This document shows, piece after piece, positions 8,631 to 16,016 of a stretch of 32,000 bases of DNA. The translations under genes and the position numbers were made by a program. The notes beneath the pieces are model-generated. The model searched no databases and was not told where the DNA came from. It saw only the letters and a list, made by a program, of their open reading frames with translations. The stretch is taken from the NCBI RefSeq assembly GCF_001481685.1, contig NZ_CP006867.1:1020001-1052000 (forward strand). Direction: 5' to 3'. The number at the start of each line of letters is the position of its first letter. Within the stretch, counting starts at the first letter, position 1. Source of the DNA: Ignicoccus islandicus DSM 13165 (lineage in GTDB: Archaea > Thermoproteota > Thermoprotei_A > Sulfolobales > Ignicoccaceae).

Positions 8631-8777
8631 TATAAACAAGGTTTCCCGAAGAAACCATTGCCTGGAAACATCCTTCACAAACGATTATCGAGTAATGCTA
8701 TCAAGATAGTCTGGAAACGTTTTATTCTGCGAAGGGTATATTGGGGTTTGACTCTATAAGTGTATTTGGGGTTGAAT
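8631..8777 (+). promoter_or_regulatory. conserved cassette leader, copy D
   Basis: Contains ctataaacaagg, gtttcccgaagaaac, cattgcctggaaac, cttcacaaac, an inverted repeat ATTATC/GATAGT (8684-8689 / 8705-8710), ctggaaac and ctataagtgtatttgggg. Confidence 0.5.
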
Positions 8778-8990
8778 TTGTCTTCCAAGGTTAGGGTTGT
8801 GCGTGCACGATATGAGAATGGAGTGCTAAAGCCTCTAGAGCCAGTAGAGCTTAAGGATGGAGAGGAGGTTCTGGTTAGGGTGGAAAGGCTCGAGAGTAGG
8901 GAGAATATTGTAGAGAAGTTCTATGGAAGACGCGGTCCAGCCCCGAAAGAGCTACTGGACGAGTTTATGCTTGAGGCTGAGGCTCAGTGA
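8760..8990 (+). CDS. AF2212-like (DUF104) antitoxin, cassette 4
   Basis: SSKVRVVRARYENGVLKPLEPVELKDGEEVLVRV matches the family pattern. The likely start is the TTG at 8778. The stop overlaps the PIN GTG start (GTGA). Confidence 0.85.
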   Translation: MYLGLNLSSKVRVVRARYENGVLKPLEPVELKDGEEVLVRVERLESRENIVEKFYGRRGPAPKELLDEFMLEAEAQ

Positions 8991-9436
8991 TACTGCTGGA
9001 CACTAATGCTATAGTATACTACTTACACCGCGTTGAGCCATACGCGTCGAGAGTGAAGCGGATCCTAGCAAGTAGGGAGGACTTAGCTTTAACTCTCAGG
9101 ATAGTTGACGAGGTAATCTTTACCCTTATAAGGCTTGAGGCTTTGAGGAAGCTCGAAATAAGGAGACTGGACCAGCTACGGGATTACATTAGGAAGCATG
9201 GCCTAGAAGAGTTCGATGACGCTATAAACGATGCTGATGAGATGATAAATAGCCTCGGAATTCTGGTCCTAGAAGACAAAGGTAGTCTTAGAGAACTCCT
9301 GGAGGTAATGAGGAAATATAGCCTACTCCCAGGAGATGCCTTGATTGCAGTAACCGCTAAGCATTATGGTATAGATACTATTCTAACGTTCGACGAAGAC
9401 TTCAAGCGAGTTCCGTGGCTCAAGGTAATCCCTTAG
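8987..9436 (+). CDS. PIN-domain ribonuclease toxin (VapC-type), cassette 4
   Basis: MILLDTNAIVYY... at the N-terminus and LPGDALIAVTAKHYGIDTILTFDEDFKRVPWLKVIP at the C-terminus. Confidence 0.9.
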   Translation: MILLDTNAIVYYLHRVEPYASRVKRILASREDLALTLRIVDEVIFTLIRLEALRKLEIRRLDQLRDYIRKHGLEEFDDAINDADEMINSLGILVLEDKGSLRELLEVMRKYSLLPGDALIAVTAKHYGIDTILTFDEDFKRVPWLKVIP

Positions 9437-9556
9437 CATACTAGGATTACCAACTACGATATCCTTGGTGAAGGAGGAGCAATCATAGTTTTAGCATACT
9501 GAATTGTAACTTCACTCTTTGCAAGGAGAAATTTTATAATAGTGATGGTATATAGG

Positions 9557-9633
9557 TGGCGAGCCCATCGAAATTTGAACCCGGGACCACGGGCTCCGAA
9601 GGCCCGCGCTCCTCCTGGCTGAGCTACGGGGCC
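9557..9633 (-). tRNA. tRNA-Arg (anticodon UCG) with aberrant T-stem and acceptor 3' strands; encoded CCA; possibly chimeric or a pseudogene
   Basis: The minus strand folds by hand as GGCCCCG TA GCTC AGCCAGGAG GAGC G CGGGC CTTCGGA GCCCG TGGTC CCGGG TTCAAAT TTCGA TGGGCTC G CCA. D and anticodon arms are perfect. The T stem has one mismatch and two G-U pairs, including G53-U61. The acceptor stem has one C-C mismatch and two G-U pairs. A TTTAAAT box lies about 27 nt upstream. Confidence 0.65.
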
Positions 9634-9819
9634 AGTTTCTACAGAGACGAGTTGGAAATTTAAAGTGAACTTCGAGTTGGCTTCGATTCGGAACCAATTT
9701 TATCCATTCGTTTTCGCGCGCTTGAATGAACTTTTTTATTCATTTTTGAAGGAAAGAGTTTTTCTATCATGGATCTCTACTAAACACATAGCCACCCAGT
9801 ACGGCGAAGTTTTGGAGGG

Positions 9820-10431
9820 CTTTCTATTCCCTATTGGGATTCTACTGGTCTATCTAGTTGAGAAGGATTTCATAAACGATATTCAGACTTTCTATTCCCT
9901 ATTGGGACTCTACTCATCACGTCAAATGGTTTCGGAAAGCGTAGTGCTACTTTCTATTCCCTATTGGGACTCTACATTACAACAACTAGCGGGGGTCTTC
10001 AGTTCTGGATGTCTTTCTATTCCCTATTGGGACTCTACCGAACTTGACGTGGTCTCGAAGGCCGTAGAAGAAGTGACTTTCTATTCCCTATTGGGACTCT
10101 ACGGATCGAAGCGAAGGTCGTCGGTCATCCGAGCTTTGCGATCTTTCTATTCCCTATTGGGACTCTACAGAATCTAGTGTTGATCGAAGTGAAGAGATCG
10201 GGAAGGGGACTTTCTATTCCCTATTGGGACTCTACATTGACAGGTACGTTAGGTGCGGGAGGTATCGATGTTTGAATCTTTCTATTCCCTATTGGGACTC
10301 TACCCTGAGGCGCCCCCTCCCGTCAGGGAGGGGGATATAAAAACTTTCTATTCCCTATTGGGACTCTACATAAAAGCACTAGAAGAAGCGAGTGAGTTAG
10401 AGCTACTTTCTATTCCCTATTGGGACTCTAC
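9820..10431 (-). CRISPR. CRISPR array: 10 repeats of 26 nt and 9 spacers of 36-42 nt, with one further degenerate repeat at 9760-9780
   Basis: The plus-strand repeat is CTTTCTATTCCCTATTGGGACTCTAC, starting at 9820, 9888, 9950, 10013, 10077, 10143, 10210, 10278, 10344 and 10406. The reverse complement GTAGAGTCCCAATAGGGAATAGAAAG ends in GAAAG like crenarchaeal repeats, so transcription is inferred on the minus strand. Repeat 9820 carries a C>T change. A 5-nt-deleted repeat lies 39 nt further left, consistent with a trailer end on the left. Confidence 0.95.
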
Positions 10432-10760
10432 CGTTGCCCTCCTATTTAAACAATCAATTCCCCATCTTTTAACCCTTTCCCCTCATTTGCCTTTCCTCAA
10501 CCACACCTTTCCTCTCAGAACTTAAACTCAAGTAGTTGTCCAATATATGTATACATATGCTTGTATAAGGTAGGCTGGAGTAGAAATCCTCATGATCATC
10601 GGAGTTCTCATGATCGCTTATTAACCCCTCAATGCAACTTCTCATTGTAAAGATCGATCTTGAAAGGACCTCGTACTGATGGTCCGAACTCCAGAGTTGT
10701 AAATTGCATTTGTTTTTACAAATACAATGTTGAATGATTAGGTTTAAATAGAATTAACAA
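10432..10760 (-). promoter_or_regulatory. putative CRISPR leader
   Basis: This AT-rich, non-coding stretch directly abuts the intact terminal repeat. It contains TATA-like tracts such as ccaatatatgtatacatatg. The boundary is not defined. Confidence 0.4.
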
Positions 10761-10968
10761 TTAGGAAGGCTGGTAGAAACTGAAGGTGCTTAAGGAGACC
10801 ATTAATTTTGAATTCGAATGGTTAAGGTTGAAGAAATGAGTGAATTAATTGTTAGTAAATGGAAAATAGAATTTGGACAAGAGGTGGAGATGGGTATTCA
10901 CCATTGGATGGTGAATAGCTAAAGTTAATTATTACGCAATTGCGCCCTTGCACCAAGGTAGCTAGGGA

Positions 10969-11529
10969 ATGGTGAAACCCTTCGAAGTAGAAGCTAGGTT
11001 TCTAGTAGATGAGAGGTTCCTTGAGAAACTTCTCTCTATGGGATTCAAGGTAATAAGGGAATACGCATTTACTGACTACTTCTACGAGCCACCGAGCGGT
11101 TGGAAGGGTAACAAAGCATTGAGAATAAGGGATTGGGGAAACAGTTGCGAAGTGCTTTTCGATTCAATCGACGTGATTGAGACGAACGGCATAAAGGTAA
11201 AGAGGAGCAAATTCAAGGAAGGTAAAGTGAAACTATACGAAGGTTCGAGAAAAGAATGTGAGAAGCTGCTAGAGGAGATGGAATTCCAACGTAAATTTGT
11301 TATTGAAAAAGAGAGGGGTTACTTGCTTAATAACGGAAGGTATACCGTTGCATTGGAAAGAATTCTCGGCAAATGGGTTTTAGAGGTAGAAGTGAATGGA
11401 GAGGATTTGGAAAAGGCCGTATCCGAAATGAAGAGAATAATGAGGGAACTGGGTTTGGAAAGGCCCGTAGCCACTACTACGCGGGAGCTGGTGAAGATAT
11501 TGGAAAGCGAAGGACGACCTCTACGGTAA
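10969..11529 (+). CDS. CYTH-domain protein (class IV adenylyl cyclase / triphosphate tunnel metalloenzyme family)
   Basis: N-terminal FEVEARFLV resembles the ExExK signature. ALRIRDWG, VKRSKFKEG and VALERILGKWVLEVEV (compare v.lD.v..lG.f.EiE) appear in the expected order. The length is 186 aa. Confidence 0.55.
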   Translation: MVKPFEVEARFLVDERFLEKLLSMGFKVIREYAFTDYFYEPPSGWKGNKALRIRDWGNSCEVLFDSIDVIETNGIKVKRSKFKEGKVKLYEGSRKECEKLLEEMEFQRKFVIEKERGYLLNNGRYTVALERILGKWVLEVEVNGEDLEKAVSEMKRIMRELGLERPVATTTRELVKILESEGRPLR

Positions 11530-11873
11530 CCGCTTCCTAAATTTAACCGTTACTTAAGCCCAAAAGGCGCTTGAATCCCTCAACCAGCTCTCCGACGCTC
11601 GCCCTATCTTTGGGATTTAGCTCGTGCCCCTTCTTTAAAATACGGACGAGGAATCTCATGACATATGAACTAGACTGTGGGAAATCATCCTATTTTAGGA
11701 GCATATTGGTTTACGATTTTGAACAATAGTTAGGATAAAAGGCACTCACCTCGTAACAACACGTTACGAAGAGCGTTCCGGAGGTTTCGCTTCTCTTCGC
11801 CCCTTCACTGGTTAGGCCTCATGGGGAATCTGAGTTGCTTTAACTTCTTGGACTGGGGAAACCATTGAAAATG

Positions 11874-11909
11874 TGTAAAGTTTTATTAACATGTAAAGCA
11901 AACTTTACA
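11874..11909. promoter_or_regulatory. palindromic operator-like element overlapping a TATA-like tract
   Basis: TGTAAAGTTT (11874-11883) and AAACTTTACA (11900-11909) are perfect 10-nt inverted repeats. They flank tattaacatgtaaagc and lie 12 nt upstream of the GTG start at 11921. Confidence 0.45.
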
Positions 11910-11920
11910 TCGGTGGGAGG

Positions 11921-12238
11921 GTGAGGTTGAAAGTAATCCCTCTCTTAATAGTGCTTGGAATACCTTTAGCCTTGTTCGTAAGGTACTCGTTGCTCGTATA
12001 CGTACCGCTGGTCTTCGCCATAGCTCGAGCCTACGATAGGTCCATGGACGAGAGGGACCTAGAGGTTAGGAAGATGGCCTCCATAGCGACTCTGAAGGCC
12101 ACTATAACGTTACTATCGTTGACCTTCATTGCGTCAACGGTATTCGGACACTTTAAGGAGCTCCTAGCAGTGGCCTTCCTCTCCTCTATACTCGGTTACT
12201 GGGCCTTCGTTAACTACTACTATTCGAAAATGGGGTAA
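11921..12238 (+). CDS. small integral membrane protein (3 predicted helices)
   Basis: GTG start. The hydrophobic segments are IPLLIVLGIPLALFV, LLVYVPLVFAIA, and TITLLSLTFIASTVF with AVAFLSSILGYWAFV. It sits 4 nt upstream of the HTH gene. Confidence 0.6.
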   Translation: MRLKVIPLLIVLGIPLALFVRYSLLVYVPLVFAIARAYDRSMDERDLEVRKMASIATLKATITLLSLTFIASTVFGHFKELLAVAFLSSILGYWAFVNYYYSKMG

Positions 12239-12242
12239 AGAG

Positions 12243-12464
12243 ATGGAATGCGTCGAAGTTAAACTGAGGGAGCTCCGAACGGAGAGGGGTATAAGCCAAG
12301 AATCCTTAGCGAAGGCGGTAGGCGTTAGCAGACAAACGATAATAGCTATTGAGAAGGGTAGGTACCTACCTTCCCTAACGCTCGCATTGAAAATAGCCAA
12401 GTTCTTTAACGTAAACGTAGAGAGCGTCTTCAGGCTTAGGGAGGAGTGCTATCCAAAGAGATGA
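12243..12464 (+). CDS. XRE/Cro-C1 family helix-turn-helix transcriptional regulator
   Basis: LRELRTERGISQESLAKAVGVSRQTIIAIEKGRYLPSLTLALKIAKFFNVNVESVF is a textbook HTH_3 (XRE) domain. The length is 73 aa. Confidence 0.9.
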   Translation: MECVEVKLRELRTERGISQESLAKAVGVSRQTIIAIEKGRYLPSLTLALKIAKFFNVNVESVFRLREECYPKR

Positions 12465-12486
12465 GGACTCGGGCACGACCGATTAG

Positions 12487-13419
12487 ATGAGGAGGGTCTT
12501 GAGTGCTGATCCAACCTCCCCATTTTTCACTCGCTTCTCGAACTCAATTTCGGTGGATGCTTTGTTAGTCAGACCTCCGGCAGTAGCTGGTACTTTCTAT
12601 CCCTCGGACGTTGACGAACTAATGAGGTTAATAGAATGGAGCTTCACCCATCCCCTAGGTCCGGGAGAGGTTCCCCAAGTTTCGGAAGTTAGGAGGAAGG
12701 AGAGCGTAGGCTTCATGGTACCTCACGCAGGCTACATATATTCCGGCCCGGTGGCGGCTTGGGCTTACTACTACCTCGCTAAGGAAGGTCCTCCTGAGAC
12801 CGTAATAATAGTTGGTCCCAACCACACGGGTCTAGGAAGCCCTATCTCTATCATGCCCCCCAGCATATGGGAGACTCCCTTAGGACACGTCCACGTCGAC
12901 GCGGAAGCCGTTGAAGAGATAGTAAGGGAAAGCGGAATAGTTGACGTCGATCACACCGCTCACATCTACGAGCACAGCTTAGAGGTTCAACTACCCTTCC
13001 TCCAATACCTCTTCGGAAACAAGTTCAAGATAGTTCCAATAGTTATGGCGCTCCAAAGCCCAGAAGCTGCCAAAGCCTTGGCCAAGGGAATATATAATGC
13101 TATGGAAAAATTGGGGAAGGACTACGTGTTCTTAGCCTCTAGCGACTTGAACCACTACGAACCCCACGAGGTAACTGTAAAGAAAGACATGATGGCAATA
13201 GAGAGAATATTAAAGCTCGATACGGAGGGCCTCTACAAGACGCTCATAGAGAACGACATTAGTATGTGCGGTCCCGGACCAGTTATGACCCTCATGGAGC
13301 TATCGAAGCTATACGGTACTAAGGAAGCAGTCTTGCTGAAACACGCCACCAGTGGGGATACGAGCGGCGATTACTCTCAGGTTGTCGGTTACGCTTCTAT
13401 AAGGTTCCCTCTACCTTAG
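12487..13419 (+). CDS. MEMO1-family protein (AmmeMemoRadiSam system protein B)
   Basis: Blocks AGTFYP, VPHAGYIYSGPVAAWAYY, IIVGPNHTG, HIYEHSLEVQLPFLQY, LASSDLNHY and MCGPGPV are present. The real start is probably the in-frame GTG at 12553 or the TTG at 12562. Confidence 0.9.
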   Translation: MRRVLSADPTSPFFTRFSNSISVDALLVRPPAVAGTFYPSDVDELMRLIEWSFTHPLGPGEVPQVSEVRRKESVGFMVPHAGYIYSGPVAAWAYYYLAKEGPPETVIIVGPNHTGLGSPISIMPPSIWETPLGHVHVDAEAVEEIVRESGIVDVDHTAHIYEHSLEVQLPFLQYLFGNKFKIVPIVMALQSPEAAKALAKGIYNAMEKLGKDYVFLASSDLNHYEPHEVTVKKDMMAIERILKLDTEGLYKTLIENDISMCGPGPVMTLMELSKLYGTKEAVLLKHATSGDTSGDYSQVVGYASIRFPLP

Positions 13420-14857
13420 AAACGACCACTTTTTCTAACACGTCCACGGGTAGAGCTCCTTCGGATAGCAACTTTTCGTGGAAGTCATAGAGGTTAAACT
13501 TGGAACCCATGTATTCCTTCACTTTCTCCCTAATCTCCAGTATTCTCATTTTTCCATAGGCGTATGAGAGCTGGTAACCCGGCGTCAAGGTATATCTAAG
13601 CACCTCTGCCTTGGCCGATCCTTCGTCCATCCCGACTACTTCAACGAGCTCCTTCACGGCCTCATCGAAGCCCATTTTACCCGTACTCAAACCTATGTCC
13701 AAGTAAACCCTTACCCATCTCCACAAGGCGTCCTTGAGTACCTCCCACTTGTATCGAGGATGGTCCTCGAAACCGTTCTCATACATTAACCATTCCGAGT
13801 AGTGGGCCCAGCCCTCAATGAAGTCCGTCGCGTTGGCGACTAAGTACCTGTACTTCGTTGGAAGGTGTAAGGAAAGCTGTAAGTGATGGCCCGGATAGGT
13901 CTCGTGTACTGCCGTATTCAGTATCTCGTAGTAGTCCTTCTTGGCGCCTCTGGGAGTTACGAAGAGGTAACCCATATTTAAGAAAGAGAAGGGAGATGGG
14001 GGATTGTAAGCAGCGAAAGGTATAGTTGGAATTAGAGGCTTGGGGGTGTCTTCGACGCTCAATTGCTCGTCTGGAGCTAAGGGCGCCAGCTTCCTTTCGA
14101 TTACGAAACTTCTAGCTAAGGCAACGGCCTCTTGGTAGGCGGCCTTCGGATCCTCTACTTCCCTTCCCTTGGGCATCTCTCCCAATTCCTCCTTTAACTC
14201 AGCGACCTTTCTCCTAGCTAAGCTCTCGAGCACACCAATTCCCATTCCTATGTTCCTAACTCCTAAGAGCTCATTGAAGAGAGTCTCCCCCATCGGTTCG
14301 AAGCCTTCGTCCGCTTCCAAGCTTCCCAGCCACTTCTCGTACTCGCTAACCTTAGCGAGGACGCTTTGGGGTACTGAGAGCTCCAATAACGTTAGCTTCA
14401 GGCCCTCTAGTTCGGCTAAGGCCAGCTTTACCCACAAGTCCCTAGGTTTCTCCAAGAGCTCCTTACTATTTTCGAGAATTTCTGGAATGGCCCTTATTCT
14501 GCTTGCCAAGGCTTCGGATTTGTGCCTCTCCGGTACGTCCTTCCTCAGCAATATTGATAGGAGCAGTTCCGTTACGACGGATGGAGCTATCGGATAGCTC
14601 TTCCAAGGCCTCCAAAAGGCCAGCTCTATTAATTCAACTCTAATAGACCTGATGGCCTCCGAAACGTCTATCTCTAATGAAGGTTCGTCCCACTCCTCCA
14701 GCTCGCCTAGCAGCGATTCAGATGCGTCTACGTACCCTTCCAACCATTCGAGGTTCAGTTTCGGGTAAAGCAGGTCGTATTGACTGAGACCCAAGTAGCT
14801 GGCGTAGTGGGGAAAGTAGTTGAAGTGAGAGATTATAACCTTATCGAGAGGGTTCAA
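13397..14857 (-). CDS. DUF885-family protein (putative metallopeptidase-like)
   Basis: The motif AVHETYPGHHLQ (HExxPGHHxQ) is characteristic of DUF885. The length is 486 aa. There is a convergent 23-nt overlap with the MEMO-like gene. Confidence 0.75.
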   Translation of the reverse strand: MNPLDKVIISHFNYFPHYASYLGLSQYDLLYPKLNLEWLEGYVDASESLLGELEEWDEPSLEIDVSEAIRSIRVELIELAFWRPWKSYPIAPSVVTELLLSILLRKDVPERHKSEALASRIRAIPEILENSKELLEKPRDLWVKLALAELEGLKLTLLELSVPQSVLAKVSEYEKWLGSLEADEGFEPMGETLFNELLGVRNIGMGIGVLESLARRKVAELKEELGEMPKGREVEDPKAAYQEAVALARSFVIERKLAPLAPDEQLSVEDTPKPLIPTIPFAAYNPPSPFSFLNMGYLFVTPRGAKKDYYEILNTAVHETYPGHHLQLSLHLPTKYRYLVANATDFIEGWAHYSEWLMYENGFEDHPRYKWEVLKDALWRWVRVYLDIGLSTGKMGFDEAVKELVEVVGMDEGSAKAEVLRYTLTPGYQLSYAYGKMRILEIREKVKEYMGSKFNLYDFHEKLLSEGALPVDVLEKVVVSKVEGTL

Positions 14858-14920
14858 CTTTAGCCTTCCTCGTTATTGGGGCCTCATTAGAGGTTAAAGT
14901 CCCTCTTCCTCATCGGTTCG

Positions 14921-15325
14921 CTAAAAATTCATGCGTATTAAGTTCCACTCTTCACCGGCCTCTAATAGCCATCCGGCGAGCATTCGAGCCATAAGGTCCC
15001 TAGCTTCCTCTTCGTCTCTAACATGGTAGCCGCTGTTCTTTAACGCTCTGTATGCCATCTTGGAGTTGATCCTAGACTTCATCTTCTCAGTTAACATTTT
15101 CCATACAGCTAATAGGTTAGCCTTGTCTTTATTGTTCTGAACTACTGCGGAGAGCAGCTTGAAGTCGGCCCCGGAAAGGAAGGCCTTATCGTACCACTCG
15201 GTATCCCTAACTAGTTCTAGGTAATACCTTAGTGGCTCGTAGTCGCGGACGAGCTTCTTCGTCGCAAATATAGGTTTCCAGCTCAACTCGGTTTTTGCCT
15301 CGCACAGATTAGATACCCCAAACAC
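14921..15325 (-). CDS. hypothetical protein (134 aa)
   Basis: Long ORF with a GTG start and native-like composition. No motif recognised. Confidence 0.5.
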   Translation of the reverse strand: MFGVSNLCEAKTELSWKPIFATKKLVRDYEPLRYYLELVRDTEWYDKAFLSGADFKLLSAVVQNNKDKANLLAVWKMLTEKMKSRINSKMAYRALKNSGYHVRDEEEARDLMARMLAGWLLEAGEEWNLIRMNF

Positions 15326-15357
15326 TTATATTAGTACTACGTTTGGGAACAGTAATT

Positions 15358-15759
15358 TTACTCACCTAATAGGTTCTCGATAATCGGTGTTATCGCCTTT
15401 ATGACGTCTATAGCCATCACTACTGCGTAAGGTTCCTCGTCTTCGTTCAGTACAACTAGGTAAGGCGTTTCGAACTTCTTCATTAACCTCAAGGCGTCCA
15501 CTACATCAGCATCGTACATAACGAAAGTCGGCTCCGTGTCTACGTATTGCTCTATGCTAGCCTCTACGTCGCCTTGAGCTACTGCTTCGGATAGTTGAAC
15601 GTAACTGAAAACGCCCATGAACTCGTCGTCGGTCGTTTTAACTAATAGCGCTATGTTGTTTCCCTCGCTTATCTTTCGCGCCGCTTCCTTAATGCTAGTT
15701 GAAGGCAGAACCCAGACCCCGCTCCTGGCTATTTCCTTTACCATCAAGGGATCTCTCAC
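15358..15759 (-). CDS. CBS-domain pair protein
   Basis: 133 aa with two CBS-like repeats (VWVLPSTSIKEAARKISEGNNIALLV and VMYDADVVDALRLMKKFETPYLVVLNEDEEPYAVV). Confidence 0.7.
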   Translation of the reverse strand: MRDPLMVKEIARSGVWVLPSTSIKEAARKISEGNNIALLVKTTDDEFMGVFSYVQLSEAVAQGDVEASIEQYVDTEPTFVMYDADVVDALRLMKKFETPYLVVLNEDEEPYAVVMAIDVIKAITPIIENLLGE

Positions 15760-15830
15760 GCGAGTATAAGTTAAGTAACGGAGTTTAATAATACCTAGGC
15801 CAATAGCTAGCGTTCAAAGGAACTAGAGGG

Positions 15831-16016
15831 ATGGACCTCGGGAAGAGGGACCCTCAAGGGTATTACGTAATAGTCGCTAAGGCAGAGGCCAAGGAATTAG
15901 TTGGAGAGGGTTTAATCGAAGAGGTGGGCGATTGCGTTGTAATTAGAATTAAGTCCAAATCGAGGGCGCAGAAGTTGCTTAGGAAGCTTCAATCGAGAGG
16001 CTTACTTTGCACCTAG
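15831..16016 (+). CDS. possible small hypothetical protein (61 aa)
   Basis: ATG ORF in an otherwise intergenic stretch, with charged, native-like composition. The 3' end overlaps the convergent antiporter gene by 15 nt. Confidence 0.35.
   Translation: MDLGKRDPQGYYVIVAKAEAKELVGEGLIEEVGDCVVIRIKSKSRAQKLLRKLQSRGLLCT

Noticed and set aside
5056-8777. Interpreting the GTTTCC/GGAAAC motifs as integron attC-like core sites (R'' RYYYAAC / R' GTTRRRY)
   Set aside because: GGAAAC and GTTTCC do not fit the purine/pyrimidine pattern of the bacterial core sites, and no integron-type integrase is present in the window. The cassette-array analogy is kept only as a concept.
9665-10525. ORFs 9665-10177 and 10253-10525, with recurring peptide strings FYSLLGLY and SIPYWDST
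   Set aside because: They are translations of the CRISPR repeats in two frames. The periodic peptide repeat is an artefact of the array.
11542-11658. 38-codon minus-strand ORF (MRFLVRILKKGHELNPKDRASVGELVEGFKRLLGLSNG*) downstream of the CYTH gene
   Set aside because: It is too short, with no recognisable motif and no visible promoter context. Left uncalled.
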